From an uncultured Gemmatimonadaceae bacterium (GTDB lineage Bacteria; Gemmatimonadota; Gemmatimonadetes; Gemmatimonadales; Gemmatimonadaceae), in NCBI GenBank assembly GCA_963817955.1, contig CAWFQK010000003.1, positions 192,001-256,000 of the forward strand: a stretch of DNA of 64,000 nucleotides, given 5' to 3'. Each line of letters opens with the position of its first letter. Position 1 is the stretch's first letter. The notes beneath the pieces were generated by a model, which worked only from the letters and a program-made list of their open reading frames with translations, did not search any database and was not told where the DNA came from. The translations under genes and the position numbers were made by a program. This document shows positions 9,483 to 19,612 of this stretch, piece by piece.

Positions 9483-10529
9483 TCAAGCACCGAACGCCGT
9501 TCTGAGCTCCTCGTTCAGAAATTCGCAGGCCCGCCACTCCGCATAGTAGATCGGGTGCCAGGGCCATCGTCCCGCGACGAATCCGACGTGCCCGCCATGC
9601 TCAGAGAACTCCGGCACGAGGCAGCTGTTGTGATCGGCAATCGCACGAACTTCGTCGAGCACTTCGGCGGGCAGGAACGGATCGTCTACGGCGCTGAGCA
9701 GCAGCGTTGGCCGAGCAATACGAGCGAGCCAGTGGAGGGAGCTGGAGCGCGTGTAGTAGTCATCTGCGTCGGCAAAGCCGTGCACGGGAGCCGTCACAGC
9801 GTCGTCGAAATCGTAGACCGATCGAGCGCGCTCGAGGGCAGCGCGGTCAAACAGGCCCGGATACCGCTCCAGCTTGGCGAGCGCCTTCTTGCGTAGTGAT
9901 CGCAAGAAATGCCGGTCATAGACGCGGGCGAATCCATGTGAGATGAATCGGCAGCCGCGCTCGAGATCAAAGGGTACAGATATGGCCGCCGCGGCTCGCA
10001 CACGGCTCGATAATGCGCGTCCCTGCTCCCCGAGATACTTGAGCAGCACGTTGCCACCGAGCGATACGCCGGCGAGCAGGACCGGCGCAGATGGATCTTC
10101 CGCCAGGATTCGATCGAGCACGAACGCGGGATCGGTGGTCTCACCCGAGTGGTAGAAACGCGGTGTCCGATTTGGCTCCTCACCGCACCCGCGAAAGACG
10201 AGGAGGTCGGCTGCCCAGCCGCGCCGTTTAGCTTCATTGAAGAAGCCGCCGACGTAATGCGATCTGATGGTGCCCTCGAGCCCATGGAGCAGGAGCAGTC
10301 GCGGCGCACCCCTTGGCGCGTCGAGGCGGTGGAGATCGACGAAATCGCCGTCCGGCGTGTCCCATCGCTCCCGGCGTGTTGGGACGAGCGGACGCGGACG
10401 GAAGAACTTGCCCCACAGGGTCTGCACATGAGCACCCCGTACCCACCATGCGGGGCTATAGGTATACTCGCTTTGGCGATGTGATGACACGAAAGGCTGA
10501 TTCCCCGGCGAATGGTGGCCGGCAATCAA
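9483..10529 (-). CDS. YheT-family alpha/beta hydrolase
   Basis: HVQT, LHGLEG, GVSLGG, DDPF and GGHVGF motifs; start uncertain. Confidence 0.88.
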   Translation of the reverse strand: MIAGHHSPGNQPFVSSHRQSEYTYSPAWWVRGAHVQTLWGKFFRPRPLVPTRRERWDTPDGDFVDLHRLDAPRGAPRLLLLHGLEGTIRSHYVGGFFNEAKRRGWAADLLVFRGCGEEPNRTPRFYHSGETTDPAFVLDRILAEDPSAPVLLAGVSLGGNVLLKYLGEQGRALSSRVRAAAAISVPFDLERGCRFISHGFARVYDRHFLRSLRKKALAKLERYPGLFDRAALERARSVYDFDDAVTAPVHGFADADDYYTRSSSLHWLARIARPTLLLSAVDDPFLPAEVLDEVRAIADHNSCLVPEFSEHGGHVGFVAGRWPWHPIYYAEWRACEFLNEELRTAFGA

Positions 10530-10548
10530 TAACAGACCAGCGCGACCG

Positions 10549-10896
10549 ATGGAAGTTCAGATCTTTGGCATCAAGAAAAGCTCCGATACACGGAAGGCAC
10601 TTCGCTTCTTTTCCGAGCGGCGGATCAAAACGCACTTCGTCGATTTCGACGAACGCGCCGCCAGCCTGGGGGAGTTGCGCCGTTTCGTACAGAAGTTCGG
10701 CCTGGACCGGCTGATCGATCGCGAGTCGAAGCGCTATGGCGATCTTGGCTTGCGCCACGCGCGCATGTCCGACGAACGCTGGTTGGAGAAGCTCCTGGAC
10801 GAGCCACTCCTGCTGCGGATGCCGCTCGTACGCAACGGCAACGCACTGACTGTGGGCTTGGCTGAAAACGACTGGAAGGACTGGACGACAAAGTGA
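10549..10896 (+). CDS. ArsC/Spx/YffB-family protein lacking cysteines
   Basis: N-terminal IFGIKKSSDTRKA and C-terminal PLLLRMPLV...VG match the family pattern. Confidence 0.8.
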   Translation: MEVQIFGIKKSSDTRKALRFFSERRIKTHFVDFDERAASLGELRRFVQKFGLDRLIDRESKRYGDLGLRHARMSDERWLEKLLDEPLLLRMPLVRNGNALTVGLAENDWKDWTTK

Positions 10897-12851
10897 CGCA
10901 CCTCGCAGTCTCGAATGCAGTGGTTGAATTCGGCGCCACGCTCCTCTTCAAAGACATCTCCTTCACCGTCGAGGCTGGCGATCGCTGGGGGATTGTTGGC
11001 CGCAACGGCACGGGCAAGACGACTCTGTTTCGTCTCCTCACTGGGGAGATGCAGCCGTCGAGCGGCCAGATATCTCGGCAGCCGGGCATCCGTGTGTCGC
11101 TCATGGAGCAGCACCGCGAGTTCGCCGGAGCGACAACCATCTGGGAGGTGGCGGCGGGCCAGTTCGCGGACTTACTCGCCCTCGAACAGTCCATCATGGA
11201 GCAGGCGAGCCAGCTCGAGCACGACGCGAGCGAAGCAGCGCTCGAACGATACGGCCGAGACCTCGAGCGTTTCGAGCGAGAGGGCGGATATACGATTGCA
11301 CCCCGCGTGGACGCGGTGTTGCACGGCCTTGGCTTCGATCCGGCAGCTGCGCGTACGACGCCGATCGTGCAACTGAGCGGCGGAGAGCGAGGTCGGCTCG
11401 GTCTCGCGCGGCAGCTCGTCAGCCCGGCAGACGTTCTGCTGCTCGATGAGCCGACGAACCATCTCGATCTGGAAACGACCCGTTGGCTGGAAGAGTATCT
11501 CGCCGGCGTGTCTACAACGGTGCTGCTGATCAGTCACGATCGCGCGTTTCTCGCGGCCGTCGTCGATCACGTGCTGCACTTCGAGGGCAATTCGGCAGAC
11601 GCCTATGTCGGTAGTTACGCCGCGTTCGTGGAGCAGCGAACGCTTCGCCGCCTCACGCAGCAGCGCCAGTTTACCCAGCAGCAAAGGAAGATCGCGAGCG
11701 AGCAGGACTACATCGCGCGGAATCTCGCGGGCCAGAACACTAAGCAGGCCAAGGGAAGGCGGAAACTTCTCAACCGGATGCCGCGGCTCAGTGCGCCGGT
11801 GGGTGAGGATGGCACGATGGCTGTGCGCTTCGACGTAGCCGAGCGTGGTGGCGATCGTGTGATATCCGCCGAGCATGCAAAGGTGATGGTTGGGGACCGC
11901 GTGCTGATTCAGGACCTCACTGCAACGCTGATGCGTGGTGACACCCTCGGCCTCCTGGGGCCGAATGGGTCTGGAAAGTCAACGCTCATCCGCACCTTGC
12001 TCGGCGACCATCCGATCTCGGGGGGCGAATTGCGCATCGGTGGCGGAATCAAGGTTGGCTATTATCGCCAGGACATGACGCAGGTACCGCTCGACAAAAC
12101 GCTGTTTGACGTGATCAACGACCTGCGCCCCACGTGGGATCGACGCATGGTGCAGGGTCATCTCGGTCGCTTCGGCTTTTCCGGCGACGAGGCGCAGCGA
12201 CGTGCCGATACGCTGTCCGGAGGCGAACGCGCTCGCATCGCATTGGCGATGTTGATGCTCAGTCGCGCAAACTTGCTGATCCTCGACGAACCGACCAACC
12301 ATCTCGATGTCGAGTCGATTGAAACACTGGAAGACGCGATCGAGCAGTACGAGGGCAGCGTACTCCTCGTGAGCCACGATCGAGAGCTGCTCCGAGCATT
12401 GACGACGCGATTGTGGGTGTTGCACGAACGGCACGTGACGGACTTCGACGGCAACTTCGCCGAGTGGGAGGTGGTGTCCACGGAGCGACAGCACGCGGCA
12501 ACGGTGCGTGCGTCGGAAGACGAAGCACTGCGTCGTGTGCAGGAAAAGAAGAAGACGGTGCGGCGCGAAGAGGCGAGTCGTGGCACGAAGCACGCGAACC
12601 GTACTGCGGAGCGCACCGCCGAGCGGCGGGTGGCGGAACTGGAGGCGGATATCCAGAGACTCGAGCTGCGTATCGAGACGCTGACGCACGAGCTCGAAGA
12701 TCCGGAGCTGTACACCAAGCCGAACGGTGTGTCCCGGGCAACGGAATTGGGATCGCAGCTCGAGGTGCTCAAGCGCGATCTGGAACGCGCGCTCGACGCA
12801 TGGGGTACGGCCACCGAAGCGCTCGAAACTTTCACGAAGAGCAGTTCCTAG
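10893..12851 (+). CDS. ABC-F family ATPase (Uup/YheS-like)
   Basis: Two ABC domains (GRNGTGKT, GPNGSGKS, LSGGE, DEPTNHLD), no TM segments, C-terminal coiled coil. Confidence 0.93.
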   Translation: MTHLAVSNAVVEFGATLLFKDISFTVEAGDRWGIVGRNGTGKTTLFRLLTGEMQPSSGQISRQPGIRVSLMEQHREFAGATTIWEVAAGQFADLLALEQSIMEQASQLEHDASEAALERYGRDLERFEREGGYTIAPRVDAVLHGLGFDPAAARTTPIVQLSGGERGRLGLARQLVSPADVLLLDEPTNHLDLETTRWLEEYLAGVSTTVLLISHDRAFLAAVVDHVLHFEGNSADAYVGSYAAFVEQRTLRRLTQQRQFTQQQRKIASEQDYIARNLAGQNTKQAKGRRKLLNRMPRLSAPVGEDGTMAVRFDVAERGGDRVISAEHAKVMVGDRVLIQDLTATLMRGDTLGLLGPNGSGKSTLIRTLLGDHPISGGELRIGGGIKVGYYRQDMTQVPLDKTLFDVINDLRPTWDRRMVQGHLGRFGFSGDEAQRRADTLSGGERARIALAMLMLSRANLLILDEPTNHLDVESIETLEDAIEQYEGSVLLVSHDRELLRALTTRLWVLHERHVTDFDGNFAEWEVVSTERQHAATVRASEDEALRRVQEKKKTVRREEASRGTKHANRTAERTAERRVAELEADIQRLELRIETLTHELEDPELYTKPNGVSRATELGSQLEVLKRDLERALDAWGTATEALETFTKSSS

Positions 12852-12871
12852 AGCGCGCCGACTCGCCGCGA

Positions 12872-15010
12872 ATGCTCAGCCTTCTCTTGTTCGCCCAGCT
12901 TTCGGTGAGCGCGCCGAAGGCGGACTCCACGTACTCGACCGCCGCGCTGCGGAGCCTGGTTGCCCGCGCGGCCGTCGAGAATCACCGCCCGCCTGCCGAG
13001 CTGCGATCATACAGCAGCCACGTGGAAACAGAAGTCGCGTTGATGCTCCGCGACACGCTCGGCCGCGAGCGTTCCGCGGAGATGGAACAGATGGCCACGA
13101 ATGCCACGTGGGATCGCGGCGGACGATACGATCTGCACATCGTGGGGTATCGTTCGCAGAGCGTGGGCGTGCCGTATTCCACATTGAGCATCATCCGCGC
13201 GTGGACGGTGCCGACGCTGTATGGCGAGCGGCTTTCGCTCGGCGCGTACTTCACGCGCACGAACCTGGGCGACACGCTCATCGCCGTACATCCGTTTGCA
13301 GCCGACCGCGATCGCTATTATCGCTTTTCCGGCGGTGATACGGTTGCAAGCCTGCACGCCGGCAATCGGACCATTCAGATCGTGCGAGTCCGGGTGCACC
13401 CGGCATTTCAGTCGCGAACACCGCTCGGTGCATTTGACGGCGAGATCGATCTCGATGCTGAAAGAGGACAGATCATTCGCATGCGCGGCCAGTTCATGAG
13501 GCTCGGACCGGCGGCGAGCAAACGCGAGGCGCTGTCCAAGTGGAGCGGCATGGTCGCGGTGGCGTATATCGAGTTCGTCAACGCGGAAATCGGCGGCAAG
13601 TACTGGCTGCCGTCGTTTCAGCGCACCGAATTTCAAGCCAGCTTTCCGCTTTTTGGACAGACGCGGCCAATCTTCCGCATCGTATCGACGATCAGCGCCA
13701 TCGCGGTGAACGATACGGGTGCGGTGACGCCAGACACGATCGACTTTCCTCGAGTGATCGTGAGCTGGGCGCCGACCGACAGCGTGAATCGGTTTGCCGA
13801 TTGGCAGCGCGATCTTGGCACGCAGACCGCGTCGGTGCACTCCGATGACTTCGCCGACATGGCGCCCGACGAGTGGCGTTCCGATGGACCGCCGCGACTC
13901 GACATGTTCCCGAACAGCACGGCGCGAATCATCCGATTCAATCGTGTGGAAGGCCTGTACACGGGTGTTGCGCCGACGGTCAATTTTCGAAGCGCGGCGC
14001 CTGGGTTGAGCGTCGGCGCTGATGCCGGCTGGGCGTGGACCGAAAAGACGGTTCGTGGTGGCGCCTTCGTGAATTTCACAACGCAGCAGTGGACATATGG
14101 TCTGCGTGCGGAGCGTTCGCTGGAATCGACGAATGATTTCGTCTTGCCATTCAGCCAGGATCCCGGCGTCGGGGCCATCCTCAACTCGATCGACCCCTAC
14201 GATTATGTCGATCGCCGGACGGCGATGGCCTCGGTCACGCGGGTATTGCGTAGCGTTGATGTGGGCGTCGTGACACTGCAACTCGGCGGTGGCAGCGACA
14301 ATCCCGAACGCGCGCGACTGTCGCACGGTTTGATCCCTGGCGGCGCGCCGTTCCGTCCCAACCGCGGTGCCGCCGCAGGGAGCTACGCCATTGGGCGCGC
14401 TGACCTGGAGTTCCATCCGAACGTGACCGGAGACTTCGTGGAGCCCGGCCTCGGAATGCGCGCGCACTACGAAGCGGCATCGGGAACGCTCAACTGGCAG
14501 CGTGCCGAGTTGTCGCTGTCGGCTCGGAAATATTTCGGACCAGTGTCGCTTGCCGCACACGCGGACGGGGGCCTGCTGTTCGGCGCCGCGCCACCACCGC
14601 AAACGTTATTCGAGTTAGGCGGATCACAATCGCTCGAGGGCTATCAATACAAACAGTTCGCCGGCGACCGCGCTGCCCTGTTCCGCACCTTTGCGAGCTA
14701 CCGATTCGATCTCTGGAAACGTCCCTGGCATTTCTGGCGAAACTACTACCTGCCTGGAATCAGCCCCGGAGTAGCGGTGAGCGCGCAAGGCGGTTGGACT
14801 GAAATCTCGTCGCCCGGCGTAGCTCAGGCTGTGCGGGAGCTGGGTCTCGATGCAAATGGCAATCCTGTTTCGACCGCGACGGGCGGCGTGCGGGCTACCA
14901 TTGGCGGCGGGCTCACGCTGTTTTCCGACATCGTGCACATCGGCATCGCTCGCCCCGTGGACCGTCCCGCGCCATGGAGGTTCGTCATCGGATTCGGGCC
15001 GGCATTCTGA
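12872..15010 (+). CDS. Probable outer-membrane beta-barrel protein (DUF5686-like)
   Basis: Signal-like N-terminus at ATG 12872, RFNRVEG motif, amphipathic beta strands, C-terminal Phe. Confidence 0.65.
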   Translation: MLSLLLFAQLSVSAPKADSTYSTAALRSLVARAAVENHRPPAELRSYSSHVETEVALMLRDTLGRERSAEMEQMATNATWDRGGRYDLHIVGYRSQSVGVPYSTLSIIRAWTVPTLYGERLSLGAYFTRTNLGDTLIAVHPFAADRDRYYRFSGGDTVASLHAGNRTIQIVRVRVHPAFQSRTPLGAFDGEIDLDAERGQIIRMRGQFMRLGPAASKREALSKWSGMVAVAYIEFVNAEIGGKYWLPSFQRTEFQASFPLFGQTRPIFRIVSTISAIAVNDTGAVTPDTIDFPRVIVSWAPTDSVNRFADWQRDLGTQTASVHSDDFADMAPDEWRSDGPPRLDMFPNSTARIIRFNRVEGLYTGVAPTVNFRSAAPGLSVGADAGWAWTEKTVRGGAFVNFTTQQWTYGLRAERSLESTNDFVLPFSQDPGVGAILNSIDPYDYVDRRTAMASVTRVLRSVDVGVVTLQLGGGSDNPERARLSHGLIPGGAPFRPNRGAAAGSYAIGRADLEFHPNVTGDFVEPGLGMRAHYEAASGTLNWQRAELSLSARKYFGPVSLAAHADGGLLFGAAPPPQTLFELGGSQSLEGYQYKQFAGDRAALFRTFASYRFDLWKRPWHFWRNYYLPGISPGVAVSAQGGWTEISSPGVAQAVRELGLDANGNPVSTATGGVRATIGGGLTLFSDIVHIGIARPVDRPAPWRFVIGFGPAF

Positions 15011-15028
15011 CGCGGCTCCAACGCGCCG

Positions 15029-15985
15029 TCAGAACTCGCCGATGAATCCAATTTCCGGTTCGAGGAGAACACCGCACTCGGCCACCACCTTGTCTTGAGC
15101 GATCGAGATCAACTCGCGAACATCCTTGGCGGTGGCAGCGCCGAGGTTGACCATGATGTTCGCATGCATATGTGAGATCTGGGCATCGCCATGGCGAAAG
15201 CCCTTGAGGCCGCACTGATCAATGAGACGACCGGCGCCGACGCCCTCCTTCTTCTTGAAGATGGAGCCGGCGCTCGGATGCCACTCGAGCCAGGGGTGCT
15301 TGCTGCCGCGCCAGCTCAGGTTCTCCTGAAGGATGCGTTGCAACTCTGCCTGATCGGCACGCGCCAACTTGAAGGTGGCCGACAGCACGATATCGCGCCG
15401 ATGGTGGAAGACCGTGTCGTCGTACCTGAAGTTCACATACGACGCGTCCACGACCCGGCGCTGGTCATCCTCGGACAGGATCTCGCAAGATTCAAAGACC
15501 TCCGCAATGAACATCGTCCGCTCGCGCTTTGGTGCCGGCGACAGAAAATGTAGATTCTGCCAGATGGCGCCGCCCACGGTGCTGGGAATTCCGACATAAT
15601 GTTCGAGGCCGGACCACCCGCGGCGTACAGATTCCTGAATAAGATCCTTGATGATCGCGCCGCTCTCGCTCCGCAGATGACAGAGGTCACCTTCTTCGCG
15701 GAACTCGTGAGCGTGGGCGGTGTTCCGAATGACCAACCCACGAAAGCCGCGGTCGCCGATCAGCACATTGGCACCGAGACCGAGCACGAAGTAGGGTACG
15801 TGTGCCTCGCGCGCGGCGAGCACGGCATTCGCAAGGGCGTCGGCGGACACGGTCTCGAAGAACAAATCGGCCGGTCCACCAATCTTGAAGGTGGTATACG
15901 GGCCCAGCGGCTCGTCGCGTTTGAGGTGCGTCGCATTTAGGCGCGCCGCCACACGGTCCAATGCTTTCGGTTCGGAGCTCGACAT
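15029..15985 (-). CDS. murB: UDP-N-acetylmuramate dehydrogenase
   Basis: TTFKIGGPAD, GLGANVL, SGLE..GIP.TVGGA, SAGSIFK, HAN and LEPE motifs. Confidence 0.94.
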   Translation of the reverse strand: MSSSEPKALDRVAARLNATHLKRDEPLGPYTTFKIGGPADLFFETVSADALANAVLAAREAHVPYFVLGLGANVLIGDRGFRGLVIRNTAHAHEFREEGDLCHLRSESGAIIKDLIQESVRRGWSGLEHYVGIPSTVGGAIWQNLHFLSPAPKRERTMFIAEVFESCEILSEDDQRRVVDASYVNFRYDDTVFHHRRDIVLSATFKLARADQAELQRILQENLSWRGSKHPWLEWHPSAGSIFKKKEGVGAGRLIDQCGLKGFRHGDAQISHMHANIMVNLGAATAKDVRELISIAQDKVVAECGVLLEPEIGFIGEF

Positions 15986-16058
15986 GATAGGGGTAAAAGA
16001 AACCATGGATGACCTCGAGGCGCCACCGTGCTCCGTCCGGAGCAGGCGCGCAACGCGC

Positions 16059-17420
16059 GTGCTGGCGCTCCTGCTCTGGATTCCGTCACTGCTCGGCGCG
16101 CAGCGCGCCGAGCTCGTACGGCGCATTCAGCGAACGACGTTGCCGAACGGCCTGGACGTTATCGTGGTCCAGAATCGCGGGGTGCCTCTCGTCACGATCG
16201 AAGCAGACGTGAAGAACGGTTCGTTCACACAGGGGCCGGAGTTCGAGGGACTCTCGCACCTGTACGAGCACATGTTCTTCAAGGCGAACGCGTCGTATCC
16301 CAATCCTGATGACTTTGTGGCGCGTGCGTCGGAGCTTGGCGCCGAGTTCAACGGCACGACGAGCGAAGAGCGCGTCAATTACTACCTGACCGTGTCGGCC
16401 GACAGTGTGGAAGGCGGCATGAAGTTCCTCGCCGCCGCGCTCATGACGCCGCTCTTTCGACAGGACGAACTGGAACGCGAACGCGAGGTTGTGATCGGGG
16501 AATACGACCGCAACGAGTCCAGTCCGTTCTTTCAATTCAACACCGCGATGAGCAAGGCGCTGTGGACCACCGCATGGAGCCGAAAGAATCCGCTCGGCGA
16601 GCGTGCAGTCATCCAGAGCACGACACCGGAGAAGATGCGCACGATTCAACAGCGGTATTACGTGCCCAACAACACGGCCATCATCATCACGGGCGATATC
16701 GCGCCGGACCGCGGCGTCGCGCTGGCCCGTACGATCTTCGGTGGCTGGAAACGGGCAGCCGACCCATTCGCCGATGACCCAATTCCGGCCATTCCACCGC
16801 TCCTCCGCGATACGGCCCTCATCATGGAGCAACCGATCGGAAGCGTCATTGTCATGTTGCAGTGGCAGGGACCGAGCGCGCGAAAGGACGTGGCGTCCAC
16901 CTATGCGGCAGATGTGTTCTCCGACGTGCTCAACCAGCCCGGTTCGCGTTTTCAACGCCGATTGGTGGACAGCGGCCTCTTTCAGTCGGCCAACGTCAAC
17001 TACTACACGTTGAACCAGGTCGGGCCAATCACGATACTCGGCGAGACGACAGCCGCGCGCCTGAAGGAGGCGCTCGCGGCGTTGAACGACGAAATCAAGA
17101 AGGTGGACGATCCGGGCTACTTCTCCGCTGAAGAGCTGAACGCCACGAAGCAGCACCGGATCGTCAGCACCATGCTCAGCCTGGAGCGCGCGTCCGGCTT
17201 TGCGCACCAGCTCGGATTCTGGTGGGCTGTGACGGGACTCGACTACTTCTATGGATACGTCGACACCATGGCCGGTCAGTCGCCAACCGACCTGCAGACG
17301 TATGCCAAGAAATACATTCTCGGCAAGCCGCACGTTGTCGGCGTACTGCTCTCCGCCGACGCGCGCCGGTCGCTGAACCTTACAGCGGCCACGCTCGTTG
17401 GCCCGGGAGCACGCCGATGA
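16059..17420 (+). CDS. M16 (pitrilysin) family Zn peptidase, catalytic subunit
   Basis: Inverted zinc motif HLYEH, LPNGL, EREVV..E; start 16005 or 16059. Confidence 0.9.
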   Translation: MLALLLWIPSLLGAQRAELVRRIQRTTLPNGLDVIVVQNRGVPLVTIEADVKNGSFTQGPEFEGLSHLYEHMFFKANASYPNPDDFVARASELGAEFNGTTSEERVNYYLTVSADSVEGGMKFLAAALMTPLFRQDELEREREVVIGEYDRNESSPFFQFNTAMSKALWTTAWSRKNPLGERAVIQSTTPEKMRTIQQRYYVPNNTAIIITGDIAPDRGVALARTIFGGWKRAADPFADDPIPAIPPLLRDTALIMEQPIGSVIVMLQWQGPSARKDVASTYAADVFSDVLNQPGSRFQRRLVDSGLFQSANVNYYTLNQVGPITILGETTAARLKEALAALNDEIKKVDDPGYFSAEELNATKQHRIVSTMLSLERASGFAHQLGFWWAVTGLDYFYGYVDTMAGQSPTDLQTYAKKYILGKPHVVGVLLSADARRSLNLTAATLVGPGARR

Positions 17421-18715
17421 TCGCGCGCATTGCTCTCCTCGTGCTGTTGCTCGCTGCGCCCGCGGCGTCGGCACAGACCGACACGGCGACGTCGAGCTTC
17501 GACGTCAACGGCCTGAAGGTGATTCTACGCCGCAACACGGCGAATGACGTCGTCGCGGCGAACGTGTACCTGCTTGGCGGAACGCAGCAGCTCACGCCGG
17601 CGACGCAAGGCCTGGAGGTCTTCCTGCTCCGGGCCAGCGAACGCGGTACGCGCCGGTTCCCTGGCGACGCCGTGCGCCGCACCGTCGCGCAGCTCGGCAC
17701 CGACATCAACGTCGAACCGTCCGCCGACTGGACGATGTTTGGCTTTACCAGCACGCGCGCCACGCTCGATTCCACATGGAGTGTACTCGCCGACCGGCTC
17801 ATGGCGCCGCGGCTCGATTCCGCCGAGGTCGAGCTCGTGCGCGCGCGCATGCTCGCCGACATGCGCGAGGTGCAGAACAATCCCGACGAACTCCTCAATC
17901 AGCTTGCAGACAGCCTCGCCTATGTCGGTCACCCATACAGTTTCTTGCCCTCCGGCAACGAGTCATCGCTCGAGTCGATCAGACTCGCGGCGCTGCGAAA
18001 TTATGAAGCCACCCAGATGGTGACGTCGCGCATGCTCGTCGTGGTAGTGGGGAACGTCGATCGGCCACACGTGGAGCAGCTCGTGCAACGCACGCTCGCT
18101 CATCTTCCGCGCGGCAACTATACGTGGTCAGCGCCTCGGCTTCCGGCGCAGTTCGGACGTGCGTTGGTCGAGAAGGATGCAACGCTTCCGACGAACTATC
18201 TGCTTGGCTACTACGCTGGCCCGCCGGCGCGCGACCCGGACTATCAGGCGTTGCGTGTCGCGACCGCCGTGCTCTCCGGACGCTTCTTCACCGAAATCCG
18301 ATCGCGCCGCAATCTGTCGTACGAAGTGGAAGCACCGTTCGTCGAGCGCGCCGTGGCGAACGGCGGCGTATACGTGACCACGACCGATCCGAACACGACG
18401 TTGCAGATCATGCGCGCCGAGATCACCCGTCTGCAAGAGGAGTTGATCGACCGCCGCGGCCTTGACCGGCTCATTGGCCAGTTCATTACTGATTACTTCT
18501 TGAAGAACGAAACGAACGGCGACCAGGCCACGTTTCTGGCGCGCGCGCAGATCTACCAGGGAGATTATCGCGGCGCCAATCGTTTCGTGCAGGATCTGCG
18601 TCGCGTGAGCCCCGAAGATGTTCGCCGCGTGGCCCGACAGTACATGCGCGATTTTCGTTTCGTGTACATCGGGAATCCCGCGTCACTGTCGCGCGCGCTG
18701 CTCGCGACGTTTTAA
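17417..18715 (+). CDS. M16 family peptidase, non-catalytic partner subunit
   Basis: Signal peptide, no HXXEH, IRSRRNLSY motif; ATGA overlap with the upstream gene. Confidence 0.88.
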   Translation: MIARIALLVLLLAAPAASAQTDTATSSFDVNGLKVILRRNTANDVVAANVYLLGGTQQLTPATQGLEVFLLRASERGTRRFPGDAVRRTVAQLGTDINVEPSADWTMFGFTSTRATLDSTWSVLADRLMAPRLDSAEVELVRARMLADMREVQNNPDELLNQLADSLAYVGHPYSFLPSGNESSLESIRLAALRNYEATQMVTSRMLVVVVGNVDRPHVEQLVQRTLAHLPRGNYTWSAPRLPAQFGRALVEKDATLPTNYLLGYYAGPPARDPDYQALRVATAVLSGRFFTEIRSRRNLSYEVEAPFVERAVANGGVYVTTTDPNTTLQIMRAEITRLQEELIDRRGLDRLIGQFITDYFLKNETNGDQATFLARAQIYQGDYRGANRFVQDLRRVSPEDVRRVARQYMRDFRFVYIGNPASLSRALLATF

Positions 18716-18727
18716 TCAAGGCAAACG

Positions 18728-19441
18728 CTAGCCGCCGAACTCCTGGGCTATAGATCGCGGGTCGAGCAGGCCTGAGTACAACTCCGCACCGAGCAATACG
18801 GCCGAGATGCCGCGGTGCTCCAAGGCGCGCAGGTCGCTGACGGACGTTACCCCGCCGGCGGCGATCACCGGGAACGCGCAGGCATCCGCTATGTCTTCAA
18901 GTAGCGTGAGATCGGCGTTGCTCCAGTTGCCGTCGCCGTGGGCCGCGGAAATCAGTAGCCCACCAAGAGGAAGTGAATTCAAGTCCTCGACGACATCGAG
19001 GATATCGAGCGGCAGCGTGCGGACCCACCCGCGTGTCACCAGCCGCCGCTCGCGAACATCCGTTTTCAAAACGATGAGTCCTGGATACGACTCGGCCGCA
19101 CCGGCCAACCACTCGGGCTCTTCAATTCCGCGGCCTCCAATGATGACCCGCGCGGCGCCGGCATCGAGGAGCCGTTCGATTTCGTCGTAAGACGCGATGC
19201 CGCCGCTCGCCTGTATCTCGAGCGTGCTATCGCGAATGATGTCTTCGACGATGCTCGCATTGGACCCGTTCCCGCTTGCCGCGTCGAGGTCAGTCACCTG
19301 GATCCGACGGAATCCGGTGGAGGCCCAACCTCTGGCGACGCCAACCGGGTCGCCGCCGACAGGCCCAGTGTCACCATTGGCGGAAAACGGTGCACACACG
19401 CCGTCACGGATGTCGATCGTAGGAATGGCTATCATGCTCAT
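18728..19441 (-). CDS. HisA/HisF-related TIM-barrel protein (divergent HisA paralog)
   Basis: IPTIDIRDG, DLDAA, SGGI, GAARVIIG and AAGGV motifs. Confidence 0.8.
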   Translation of the reverse strand: MSMIAIPTIDIRDGVCAPFSANGDTGPVGGDPVGVARGWASTGFRRIQVTDLDAASGNGSNASIVEDIIRDSTLEIQASGGIASYDEIERLLDAGAARVIIGGRGIEEPEWLAGAAESYPGLIVLKTDVRERRLVTRGWVRTLPLDILDVVEDLNSLPLGGLLISAAHGDGNWSNADLTLLEDIADACAFPVIAAGGVTSVSDLRALEHRGISAVLLGAELYSGLLDPRSIAQEFGG

Positions 19442-19612
19442 GCAGCATACACGGCTGACATAGGTAGGATGTTGACGGTCCAGCGGCCCGAGCTTTGCAC
19501 GCAGTTGACTCGTTTGCGTTGGGGATAGGATGTGATACTTTCACAGCCTCCGCGACTTCGCGGCGAGCGACTCTAAACGATCTCAGCTAGGCACTACTGG
19601 AGGCACTAAGAA

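Noticed and set aside
12413..12871. N-terminal extension of the 865-aa ORF
   Set aside because: Overlaps the ABC-F gene in another frame; a signal-peptide-like start is at 12872
15885..16126. Overlapping long starts of murB and the M16 peptidase
   Set aside because: Open-frame extensions in GC-rich DNA; motif-based starts (15985 and 16005/16059) remove the overlap
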